Assembly: GCA_963699545.1 (NCBI GenBank) | Contig: CAVOUE010000003.1 | Coordinates: 736,001-800,000, forward strand | DNA length: 64,000 nt | Origin: Nitrospirota bacterium | Lineage (GTDB): Bacteria > Nitrospirota > Thermodesulfovibrionia > Thermodesulfovibrionales > UBA9159 | Reading direction: 5' to 3' | Shown here: piece after piece, positions 53,455 to 62,688 of the stretch | Numbering within the stretch: position 1 is the stretch's first letter | Layout: every line of letters starts with the position of its first letter | Program-made: the position numbers and the translations under genes | The notes under the pieces: model-generated | What the model was told of the DNA's origin: nothing | Databases searched by the model: none | The model's input: the letters and a program-made list of their open reading frames with translations, nothing else

Positions 53455-54238
53455 ATGACATCGGAAGTCCCATGCTCTGTTCTCAAGGGTAAGAAAGCTT
53501 TGGTGGCCGGCATCGCGAATGAGCACTCGATCGCGTATGGGTGTGCGAAGGCCTTCAGGCAGTGGGGCGCTGACCTTGCGATAACCTACCTCAACGAAAA
53601 GGCCAAGTCATTTGTCGGGCCGCTGGCAGAGGAGCTTGGGGCGAAGATATTCATGCCCCTCGACGTATCAAAGCCCGGAGAGCTGGAAACCCTGTTCGAA
53701 CGAATCGAAAAGGATTGGGGTCATCTCGACATGCTCGTCCACTCCATGGCGTTTGCCCCAAAGGATGATCTCCAGGGAGGGCTGCTCAACTGCTCTGCCG
53801 AGGGTTTTTCCAAGGCGATGGACATATCCTGCCACTCGTTCATCCGCATGGCACGGCTTGCAAGTCCGCTGATGAAGGACGGCGGAACACTCTTTACCAT
53901 GACCTTTCATGGGGCCCAGAAGATCGTCCCCAACTATAATGTAATGGGGCCGGTAAAGGCGGCCCTCGAGTCGGTCTGCCGCTATCTCGCATATGAACTC
54001 GGGCCGCGGAAGATACGCGTGCATGCGATCTCGCCGGGTCCCCTCAAGACAAGGGCTTCTTCAGGCCTTAAGGACTTCGACCGTTTGGTGGATGAGGCGG
54101 CAGCGCGTGCCCCTCTTGGCGAGCTCGTCGACATCATGGATGTTGGCTATGCCTGCGCCTACCTCGCATCCCCATTTGCTCGCCACCTTACAGGACGAGA
54201 TACTGTACATTGATGGTGGTCTGAGTAGTATGGCCTGA
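53455..54238 (+). CDS. fabI: Enoyl-ACP reductase FabI-like; frameshift in the last ~15 codons
   Basis: GIANEHSIAYG, YNVMGPVKAALE and ISPGPLKTRA; ends YIDGGLSSMA in another frame. Confidence 0.88.
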
Positions 54239-54347
54239 TGGGAAGGTGGTCATTCCGGGACACAGAGGAGCAACGGATGGCTGGACGGCGAATGACCTGG
54301 TGTGTTCACAAAGAGGCAGGGATTCTCATAGGATGAAATTATAGATG

Positions 54348-54887
54348 ATGACGAAAGATGACATCATTAACTACCGGGTGACTGAACAGCTCCGTGACCA
54401 GCGGTCGATCACGGTCCGGGCAATACGGCCTGATGACAAGGGATTGCTCCGCGAGGCCTTCAAAGATTTGGATGAAGAGAGCATCTACACGCGTTTTTTT
54501 GCGTCCAAGAAGGAGTTGACCGAGAAGGAATTGGCATGGGCAACGGAAGTCGATTTTATCCTGAACATTGCTCTTGTCGTCTGCATTGAGGAAGGTGATA
54601 GGGAACGGATCATCGGGGGCGGGCGCTACCTCGGCGCTCCAGGATCGGACCCCCCGACCACCGCAGAGATTGCCTTTTTGGTGGAAGAGGACTATCATGG
54701 TCTTGGAATAGCGTCGATCCTGTTGAAGCACCTGGTGCTGATCGGTCGGGCACAAGGCATTCTCCGTTTTGAGGCGGAGGTGCTTCCCCAGAACAAGGCA
54801 ATGCTCAGAGTATTTCAGCGGAGCGGCCTTTCTGTCACTACGGTGCCGACTGGCGATTTAATGCATGTAACTATTCTTTTGCAGTAA
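54348..54887 (+). CDS. GNAT N-acetyltransferase (Pat/acyl-CoA synthetase-associated type)
   Basis: VRAIRPDD, ESIYTRFF, AEIAFLV...HGLGIA and N.AMLRVF. Confidence 0.85.
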   Translation: MTKDDIINYRVTEQLRDQRSITVRAIRPDDKGLLREAFKDLDEESIYTRFFASKKELTEKELAWATEVDFILNIALVVCIEEGDRERIIGGGRYLGAPGSDPPTTAEIAFLVEEDYHGLGIASILLKHLVLIGRAQGILRFEAEVLPQNKAMLRVFQRSGLSVTTVPTGDLMHVTILLQ

Positions 54888-54931
54888 AGCGGAATAATAG
54901 AGAGGGAACGTAAGATTTCCGGAGGGACACG

Positions 54932-56024
54932 ATGATGAGCACACAGAACCGGATCAACCAGGATGTTACGCGCACGACGCTTGCAGTAGTATTCATCGGC
55001 ATCCTTATGACCGCAAGCATCTGGATACTGCGGCCCTTCATCACCTCGATCGTCTGGGCCACGATAATCGTTGTGGCAACATGGCCGATCCTGCTCAGGC
55101 TTGAGGCGCGGTTCTCGGGCCGAAGGGGTTTGGCCGTGGCGGTGATGACCGCCGCGATTCTGCTCATTGTCTTCATACCGATGGCGCTTGCCATTCTCAC
55201 CATCCTCGGGAATGCTGAGGACATCGCTGGCCGGATAAAGTCACTTGCCGGGTTGGCCCTGTTACCGCCGCCGGAATGGCTCGAACGCATTCCTCTGGTC
55301 GGTGGAAAACTCTCTGACCGGTTACGCGAATTTGCCGCCCTCAACCCTGAAGAACGTTCGGCCATGGCTGCTCCCTATGCCCGGAAGGCCCTCCAGTGGT
55401 TCCTGGCACAGGCCGGGAGCGTCGCTGCCATGATGCTCCAGTTCCTGTTGACCGTGATCATCTCGGCGGTCATGTATGCCGGAGGCGAGAAGGCTGCTGC
55501 CGGGGTCCTCGCCTTCGCGAGACGCCTCGCGGGAAAGCGGGGAGAAGAGGTAACCGTCCTCGCTGAAAAGGCGGTCAGAAGTGTTGCGCTCGGCATTGTT
55601 CTTACTGCTCTCATACAGACCGCTCTCGGTGGCGCCGGGCTGGTTCATCTCGGGCGTGCCGGCTGCGCTGTTACTGACCGCAGTGGTCTTTATGCTCTGT
55701 CTGGCACAGATTGGCCCGGTACTGGTACTGGTCCCTTCGGTGATATGGCTTTACTGGAAGGGAGACCCTCTCTGGGGTACCGTTCTCCTGATCTTTTCGA
55801 TCGTCGCTGTCACCATCGACAATGTCATCCGTCCCATTCTTATTAAGAGGGGGGCTGACCTGCCGCTGATCATGGTCTTTGCCGGGGTCATTGGTGGCTT
55901 GATCGCCTTTGGGGTCATCGGTCTCTTTATCGGGCCGGTGGTGCTTGCAGTCACCTATACCCTTCTGAAGGCCTGGGTCTCCGGAAGTGATCAGGAGGAT
56001 AGGGCAATCGCTTATGATGAATGA
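54932..56024 (+). CDS. ydiK: AI-2E family transporter YdiK; frameshift near 55645
   Basis: LRPF...WA..IVVATWP; IDNVIRPILI..GADLPL...GVIGG; GLFIGPVVLA. Confidence 0.85.
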
Positions 56025-56165
56025 GTCTCGATGTGGCAAGCAGTGGAAGGTCTTACTTCCCCGGACTCATTGTCCTACGACATGAAGAAGGGCTGGGAAC
56101 TGCTATCCCCGTCCGAGAATAAATGATACCGCGTATAAGAACGGGCGGTCAGAGGAGGTTTACAA

Positions 56166-56525
56166 ATGGCCTGTGAGATCATCAAAATTACAGACTCGGT
56201 TGTCCATGCCCGCATTCGGGACGTCATGCAGATAGCGGACCAGAAGATGCTGGAGTCCGCTGCCATGGAATTGATCAGGAAGGGCAGGAAGGTGAGACTC
56301 ATTGCGATTCTGGAAGACTTCAAGGGGTGGGAGAAGACGGAAGCCTGGGGCGACGTCGGCTTCATGACGAAGCATGGTGATGATATCGTCAAGATGGCGA
56401 TCGTGGGCGATGAGCGCTGGAAGGACGATGCGTTCCTTTTCGTAGGAAAGGGGTTAAGGAGCACAAAGATAGAGTTCTTCCCCTCATCTGCGTTGAAGAA
56501 AGCCGAGGAGTGGGTGAGCGCGTAA
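56166..56525 (+). CDS. STAS/SEC14 (SpoIIAA-like) domain protein
   Basis: GRKVRLIAILEDFKGWE...KMAIVGDERW...IEFF. Confidence 0.82.
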   Translation: MACEIIKITDSVVHARIRDVMQIADQKMLESAAMELIRKGRKVRLIAILEDFKGWEKTEAWGDVGFMTKHGDDIVKMAIVGDERWKDDAFLFVGKGLRSTKIEFFPSSALKKAEEWVSA

Positions 56526-56575
56526 GCGATGTGGCATGGCCTGCCCATTATAACGGGAGTAATAAAGGAGGTTTC

Positions 56576-57800
56576 ATGAAGCGAGGAAGAGTCTTTACCC
56601 ATGCAGTGCGTTGGTTGCTCGTGGTTGTTATGGTCTTGCCGCCATGGGCTTTTGCGCAGGATACCGGGGGCGCGCCTTCTGCGGCGTTTTCCAGGGAACA
56701 GCTTGAACAGATACTGGCGCCCATAGCGCTCTATCCCGATGATTTGATCGTACAGATCCTGATGGCATCGACCTATCCCATTGAGGTTGTGCAGGCCGAC
56801 CGCTGGGTCAAGAAGAATAAAGACCTCAAGGGCGATGCGTTGACCGAGGCCCTTGAGAAAGAGGATTGGGACCCCAGCGTTAAGTCCCTGGTGAACTTTC
56901 CCCAGGTGCTTTCAATGATGAGCGAGAAACTTGACTGGACCCAGAAGCTAGGAGATGCGTTCCTTGGACAGGAGAAGGACGTTATGGACACGGTCCAGGT
57001 CCTCCGTAAGAGGGCGAAGGACGCGGGCAATCTGAATACGACACAGGAGCAAAAGGTGGTCGTTGAGAAAGAGACCATCATCATCCAGCCGGCCAATCCC
57101 GAGGTCGTCTATGTGCCCACCTATAACCCGACAGTGGTGTACGGTGCATGGCCGTACCCTTCGTATCCACCGTATTACTACTATCCGCCGGGATATGTGC
57201 CGGGAGCAGCGCTGTTTTCCTTTGGTGTGGGACTTGCCGTCGGTGCTGCCTGGGGTTATGCCTGGGGCGGGGCAAACTGGCACGGAGGTGATGTGAACAT
57301 AGACTCAACAGGAACAGAAACGTCAACCGCAATATCAATCGTGGAAAATCGATGCGCAGCAGCGAGGCCAGGGCGGCCAGGGGAAGTGGCAGCATGACGC
57401 GAGCCACAGGAAAGGTGCTGCCTACCGTGACTCCGGAACGGCAAGGCAGTTCGGACAGTCATCCTCGACGGCCCGCTTGAGGCGCGAAGCGCACGCGGGT
57501 ATGGTGAGAGTCGCGCACATGCGCAGACAAGGGACTTCAGAGGCGCCAGAGGCCGGGGCGGGGGCGGCGGGCGAGAGAGCGCCTTCGGCGGTGCCGGCAA
57601 CGGCGGCGCTGAACGCTCGGCAAGTCAACGTGGCCAGGCCAGCCGAGGTGAGAGCTTTGGCGGAGGCGGCGGAGTCTCGCAGCAGCGGTAGTTTTGGGGT
57701 GGAGGCTCCCGGGCGGGGTGGTGGCGGAGGCTCCCGGGCGGTGGCGGGGTTGGCGGAGGTTCCCGCGCGGGAGGTGCGTGGCGGAGGAGGACGCAGGTAG
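56576..57800 (+). CDS. DUF3300 protein with Gly/Arg-rich tail, frameshifted in the tail
   Basis: EQLEQILAPIALYPD.L..QILMASTYP, WDPSVKSL, LGDAFL.Q and YVPTYNP..VYG.W; ends GGGGRR*. Confidence 0.85.
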
Positions 57801-57858
57801 GATGCCAGCTACAGAAATTTGCAGAACTTACCGCAAGACTATAGGGAGGAGAAAGAGC

Positions 57859-58833
57859 ATGAGATTGATGAGATCACATAAAAATAGATTTTTGTTTTTC
57901 GGAATGGCTGGTTCATATTATCGTGCATGGCGGTGGTGGCTTTCTCGGCCCCGGTTTCGGCTGCTGCCAAAGGAAAGCAAAGGACCTTTGCTTACTCCGG
58001 AAGATGCAGTGAAGGCCCTTGTGGATGCGGTAAAGACCAATAACACCAAGGAGCTTCTCGCCCTTTTCGGTCCCGGATCAGAATCGATAGTCTCTTCCGG
58101 TGATGAAGTGAGAGACAGGGCAGGAAGGGATCGCTTTGTCAAGCGCTTTGAGGAAAAGAACAGCCTTGAAAAACAGGGTGATAAAAAAATGGTACTTCAG
58201 GTGGGAAGCGATGATTTTCCCTTCCCCATTCCCATCGTGAAAAAAGGGACGACATGGTATTTCGACACGAAGGAAGGGAAAGAAGAGTTGCTCAACCGGA
58301 GGATAGGCAGGAACGAGCTTAATGTGATTAATTCGCTCGGTGCATTTGTTGATGCACAGCGTGAATATGCTTCTAAGGACCGCGATGGTGACGGGACAAT
58401 GGCCTTCGCCCAGAAATTTTGGAGCAGCAAGGGCAAGCATGACGGTCTCTACTGGGAGGCAAAAGAGGGTGAAGGGGACAGTCCTCTCGGTCCCACTGTT
58501 GCTAAGGCATCGGCCATGGGCTACACGACAAAGGGGACGAGCGAAAAGCCCGCACCTTACCAGGGGTACTATTTCAGAATCCTCAAGGCACAAGGTCCTC
58601 ATGCAACCGGCGGGGCATATGACTATGTGGCGAAGGGGAAGATGATACTGGGTTTCGCCTTCCTTGCGTACCCTGCGAAATATGGTTCTTCAGGAATCAT
58701 GACCTTTGTCGTGAACCAGGAAGGGGTAGTCTATCAAAAAGACCTGGGGAAGAATACCGGGAAATTGGCAAAAGCTGTAAAGAGATATGATCCTGACAAG
58801 ACCTGGAAAAAGGCGGAGGAAGAAAAAAAGTGA
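57859..58833 (+). CDS. DUF2950 protein (probable compensating indels in the signal region)
   Basis: TPEDAVKALVDA, FPFPIPIVK, NRRIGRNEL, DGLYW, PYQGYYFRIL and YGSSGIMTFVVNQEG. Confidence 0.85.
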   Translation: MRLMRSHKNRFLFFGMAGSYYRAWRWWLSRPRFRLLPKESKGPLLTPEDAVKALVDAVKTNNTKELLALFGPGSESIVSSGDEVRDRAGRDRFVKRFEEKNSLEKQGDKKMVLQVGSDDFPFPIPIVKKGTTWYFDTKEGKEELLNRRIGRNELNVINSLGAFVDAQREYASKDRDGDGTMAFAQKFWSSKGKHDGLYWEAKEGEGDSPLGPTVAKASAMGYTTKGTSEKPAPYQGYYFRILKAQGPHATGGAYDYVAKGKMILGFAFLAYPAKYGSSGIMTFVVNQEGVVYQKDLGKNTGKLAKAVKRYDPDKTWKKAEEEKK

Positions 58834-59178
58834 GTTCTCACGTGTCAGTTCTATCAGGCAGGAGGACAAAGACCTGAACGAGTAGAAGAATCGAACCATT
58901 CGTGGAAGTATGAGCGGTATTGCGCAGTCGATGAAAGAAGAGTGCGCGAGGGCGATACAACCATAGGGCGTTTAGAATATACGGCTGTTCGTAGTCGATC
59001 CGTCTTTTGGTAGTTGCTACCACTTGGCCAGTCGGAGAAGAGTCAGGAAGGGTCTTGTCTGCAATGTACACCCGATATAAAACACCATGGATGTCATTCA
59101 GAGGATGTTGCTGATCATACGTATCATAGTCCTGCCGTAAGCGCAACGGATCTGCCATTGTCTTCTCAGTGGAGAGCT

Positions 59179-59511
59179 TCAGAACAGAAGCGGTTTGAAC
59201 TTGGCGAGAATTGTTGCAACAGATGTCGGTGAAATGCGGTCGACGATCTTCATTTTTCGAGCCTGCCAGTCGATAGAGCGGATCTGGTCGGCGATGGCGA
59301 CCCCAGAGGTCTTCTTGGCACCCTCAAGGCTGACTTCAAAAGGATATCCTTTGACACTCGTCGTGATGGGACATACGAGGCAGAGACCGGATGCCTTATT
59401 GTAGAGTTCGGGCGACAGAACTACAGCCGGTCTATATCCTGCTTGCTCGTGTCCTAATGTGGGATCAAAACTCAAAAGGATGATATCTCCGCGGTTGGGA
59501 ACTGCCCTCAT
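59179..59511 (-). CDS. mazF: MazF/PemK endoribonuclease toxin
   Basis: PNRGDII...FDPTLGHEQAGYRPAVVLS, CPITT and DQIRSIDWQAR; TGATG coupling with mazE. Confidence 0.93.
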   Translation of the reverse strand: MRAVPNRGDIILLSFDPTLGHEQAGYRPAVVLSPELYNKASGLCLVCPITTSVKGYPFEVSLEGAKKTSGVAIADQIRSIDWQARKMKIVDRISPTSVATILAKFKPLLF

Positions 59512-59753
59512 CAAATAAGCTCCTTCCCAACAGGACGTCCGAAGTCAATCTCATGATGTCGGTTCTGAGGGGTAATCTTTTTCACAAGCTCCTTTAAGGA
59601 ATACTCCTTTTTCCCCACCGGCTTGATCATTATCCCCTCATCGGCTTCATCAATCTCAATGACAGAGTCAACGCAGATCCCAGCCCTCTTAGCCAGGGCT
59701 CGTGGTATCCTCACGCCGATACTATTGCCCCATTGAGCGGCCTTCGTAATCAT
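59511..59753 (-). CDS. mazE: MazE (AbrB-type) antitoxin
   Basis: QWGNSIGVRIP...YSLKELVKKITPQNRH.EIDFG.PVGKE. Confidence 0.92.
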   Translation of the reverse strand: MITKAAQWGNSIGVRIPRALAKRAGICVDSVIEIDEADEGIMIKPVGKKEYSLKELVKKITPQNRHHEIDFGRPVGKELI

Positions 59754-59789
59754 AGACACACCTCCTGTGTACGGTTACTCTGAAAAGTA

Positions 59790-59808
59790 GTATATCCCAT
59801 GGATATAC
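59790..59808. promoter_or_regulatory. Palindromic mazEF operator candidate
   Basis: GTATATCC-CAT-GGATATAC just upstream of the mazE RBS. Confidence 0.65.
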
Positions 59809-59943
59809 AAAATAACAAGATCCTTGGCGAGGCATACACCTGAGAACCAACACAAAAAATATATTGAAATTATTGAGGAATACTGGTACAAATATGCATG
59901 GTTGAGTGTTATATGGATGAGACCACCCGTTGTTATTTTTCAC

Positions 59944-60011
59944 GCTTAACTTTTCTTACGCTTTATGGTCTTGATCGTGGGAAAGGCTATCGAAATAATG
60001 GGATGTGTCCC
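59944..60011 (+). repeat. 68-bp repeat, right copy
   Basis: GCTTAACTTTT...GGGAAAGGCTATCGA...GGGATGTGTCCC, inverted homolog of 38795..38862. Confidence 0.85.
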
Positions 60012-60053
60012 CAGTATCTTTACTAACCAAATCCCTTTCCAGAGCGAATAGTA

Positions 60054-60710
60054 ATGGTTTCGCGGCGATTAGCGTCCGGTGATGGAGAGAAGGTCAACTG
60101 GAGCGGCAGGATAATGTCGGTCCAGCCACGGATTGGCCTAATGCGTTCATTTGACCAAAGGAGTCATAGCTATCTTGGGTTCATTATCGGGATTCAAGGG
60201 GTTGTTGAGCCGACAGAAAGGGCTTTCGAGGTCGCCATCGGCAAGGGAGCACATGAAAAACACCAGTTTCGGATCGATGACCATGTGAGCGGAAAATCGC
60301 GACTCGTGAGAGACCCTCGGACCGAGGTTGCACAATTCTATAAGACCAGTGAGTTGAGAGTATTGGAGCGTGGATCCCGCTCGGACGACCAGCCGCCTCC
60401 TTGGCATGATATTCCTCCGGCGTTGGAAGTATATCGTCAGAGGGGACACCGAAGACTGGATTTCAGAACCTACGAGGCTAAATGCAGGAGCTGTATGTGG
60501 GGATGTCGCATGGCTGTGGAGATCATCATCGATCAATGGAACCCGGGAAAGAAGAAATATCGGCTTGAGACATTCTGCTATGGTCCTAAGTTATGTCTAT
60601 TCTACAAGGCTGGGCCGACTCGAAAGGTTCCGGGCCGACGTGGAATGACTTGGGAGGAAGAAGACTGGGTGGACGAAGATGCTGTTTCTCACAGAGGAAT
60701 GGATGAATGA
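60054..60710 (+). CDS. Hypothetical protein with C-terminal Cys cluster
   Basis: 218-aa ORF; CRSCMWGC and CYGPKLC (possible metal site). Confidence 0.7.
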   Translation: MVSRRLASGDGEKVNWSGRIMSVQPRIGLMRSFDQRSHSYLGFIIGIQGVVEPTERAFEVAIGKGAHEKHQFRIDDHVSGKSRLVRDPRTEVAQFYKTSELRVLERGSRSDDQPPPWHDIPPALEVYRQRGHRRLDFRTYEAKCRSCMWGCRMAVEIIIDQWNPGKKKYRLETFCYGPKLCLFYKAGPTRKVPGRRGMTWEEEDWVDEDAVSHRGMDE

Positions 60711-60811
60711 AGGGATGCACTCATAACACCTGAAAGTCCTCACGTCAGCTATCTCTTCAAGTGTTTCTATTTCCGATAGTAATGTTGAGAGTCAGCAGGA
60801 AAAAGAAAACC

Positions 60812-60975
60812 GGGATGTGTCCCCAATATTTTCCAAAGACCTGACCGCAATATTCTAATACAGGTCTACTTGTGGAAGGGGACAACTTTCTTCTCCTTAA
60901 AGCCCCCTCTTTTGTCCACCTGAGTATTTGCCAAAAAAATGACTTGAGCAATGGAAAAGGGGACAGGCTGCATTT
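60812..60975. repeat. Cluster of short REP-like motifs
   Basis: GGGATGTGTCCCCA (identical to 60000-60013), AAAGACCTGACC, AGGGGACA and AAAAGGGGACAGG. Confidence 0.45.
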
Positions 60976-61164
60976 CTGGCAATTACCTAGTTGTTTCCGC
61001 TCGTACACTTCAGCCAGGTCAAAATACTTATAGGCGTTTGTTACTGTGAGCAGTCATTCTGCGCGACCCACTAATAAACAGATATTTAAAAAAGAAGCTT
61101 TGCCATGCGTGTTGATGGGGTAGCCAATTCAACCGCAATTCCAGGTGGACGGGGCACTATCCGC

Positions 61165-61792
61165 CTACCAGAGGCCTGGGAGGAGGCGGTGGCGCACTAT
61201 GGCGGCGTAGGCAGACCATCCGGCATCTTGAGAGAGTATCCGCTCCTCGGCATGGATGCGGTAGAGCAGCGACGCCCACCCCGCCATCACCAGCAGCGCA
61301 GTGCCGAAATTCCATTCCTGAAGGTTGTACCCGATGTCCGCAAGCACGTAGGCCAGATACATCGGATGACGCACGAGCCGGTAGGGGCCTCTCGTCACCA
61401 GACCCCGCAAGGCCGGGAAGACCCCGAACCGTCTGCCCAGGCTGAGGAGGCTGGCAAGGCTCAGACACGCCGCGAGCGTCACGAGGACAAGCCCGCCCGC
61501 TGGCCACGCAGGGTCGCCGGGCACCCACCGAAGATACACCACCTGGGCGTACGGGTAGGCATACGCTACGACGACAGCTGCGCTGGACGGCAGCGAGTGA
61601 TCCTGTCACCTCAGGCGGACGCCGCGTGAGGGCGATCCCGAGAACCAGGAGGTGCTGTAAGACGTAGATCCAATCTACGATCGTGAAGGTGGGCGTCAGG
61701 AGAAAGAGGAGGGCAAACTCCACCGATGTGACACCGAACAGGAGGAAATCGCCGAGCCTTCGCCCGGATATTCCGGAGACATGCGGCCTCAC
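61165..61792 (-). CDS. Isoprenylcysteine carboxyl methyltransferase / PEMT-family membrane protein, frameshifted
   Basis: GLVTRGPYRLVRHPMYLAY...RIHAEERIL...Y...VRHRLLPG. Confidence 0.8.
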
Positions 61793-61947
61793 TTCAATAG
61801 TAGGACAGCATGATTCTTTTCATAAGTATCGTATGCAATCTCAGTCTGAAGAGTATCGGCGTTCCCTTGGCGATCTGAGGTGACCGGCAGCTCTTTTTGT
61901 CTCGCTGCTCACGCTTCTTTGCAGCGCAGATCGTGTACTGCCACAGG

Positions 61948-62529
61948 CTAGTTAAGTTTAGAATCCTTGTAGTATTTTGTGCCTTTTGCCGTGACCTCGG
62001 CAGCCAGTCCGGTATCGGTGAGCTGATACATCCACACACCAGGAGACACAGAGGTCGCTCCAGTCAGGGCGCCTCCCTTCTCTCCGGCCTTTGCTGACGC
62101 GGTCGCCTGGCCGCCAAACTCCCACCCCTGGTTAATGAAATTACTCAATGCCTGCTCTGTCTCAAAGACGAATACGACGCTGAACTTCTTGACCCCTATG
62201 CCAAGGCCTGCCTGGATTTCCGCCATCTTCATGAAGGTCTCCTTTTTGCTGGCCCTGTTTACCGCTAAACCGCTGCCTGAACCGCTGCCCGCGAGAAATA
62301 TCTTCATGCCAAAGTTACTGAAGACGGCATAGCCTTTTGCGTTCTCGACAGCAGCCTTTGCGCCCGGCTGGATGCCATAAAGCTTGTTCAGCGTCTGTTG
62401 CGCCATTGTGCGAATCTCCCGGCGTCTTTCCTCATTCTTGTCTGCTGCCAACGCGAATGAATTGAGCCCGACTACTATCAGGGTAACAGCGATACACCAT
62501 CCTGCGATTCTCATCTGATTTCGTCCCAT
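61948..62529 (-). CDS. SYLF/Ysc84-related secreted protein
   Basis: Signal peptide; AKGYAVFS; FMKMAEIQAGLGIG; GWEFGGQA; KGTKYYKD. Confidence 0.8.
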   Translation of the reverse strand: MGRNQMRIAGWCIAVTLIVVGLNSFALAADKNEERRREIRTMAQQTLNKLYGIQPGAKAAVENAKGYAVFSNFGMKIFLAGSGSGSGLAVNRASKKETFMKMAEIQAGLGIGVKKFSVVFVFETEQALSNFINQGWEFGGQATASAKAGEKGGALTGATSVSPGVWMYQLTDTGLAAEVTAKGTKYYKDSKLN

Positions 62530-62688
62530 GATTCTATCTCCTTGAGCAATTGTCTTTTGATTTCCTTATAGCACTTCGCTTGTTCGTTGTCAATTCCATG
62601 GGTTTTGATACAATGACAAATAGGGAACAGACAGCATGAATTTTTGTGGCCTTGATGTCGAAGGGCGGAGTCTCAGAAGGAGAAGAAC

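Noticed and set aside
57540-57800. Repeated GGCGGAGG motifs as a CRISPR or tandem-repeat array
   Set aside because: Irregular spacing, explained by Gly/Arg codons of the DUF3300 tail; no cas genes.
58838-59158. 106-aa ORF between DUF2950 and mazF
   Set aside because: No RBS or motif recognised; may be non-coding or a decayed fragment.
60711-60800. Integron attC site after ORF 60054-60710 (CATAAC)
   Set aside because: No matching GTTRRRY end or convincing attC hairpin, and no intI.
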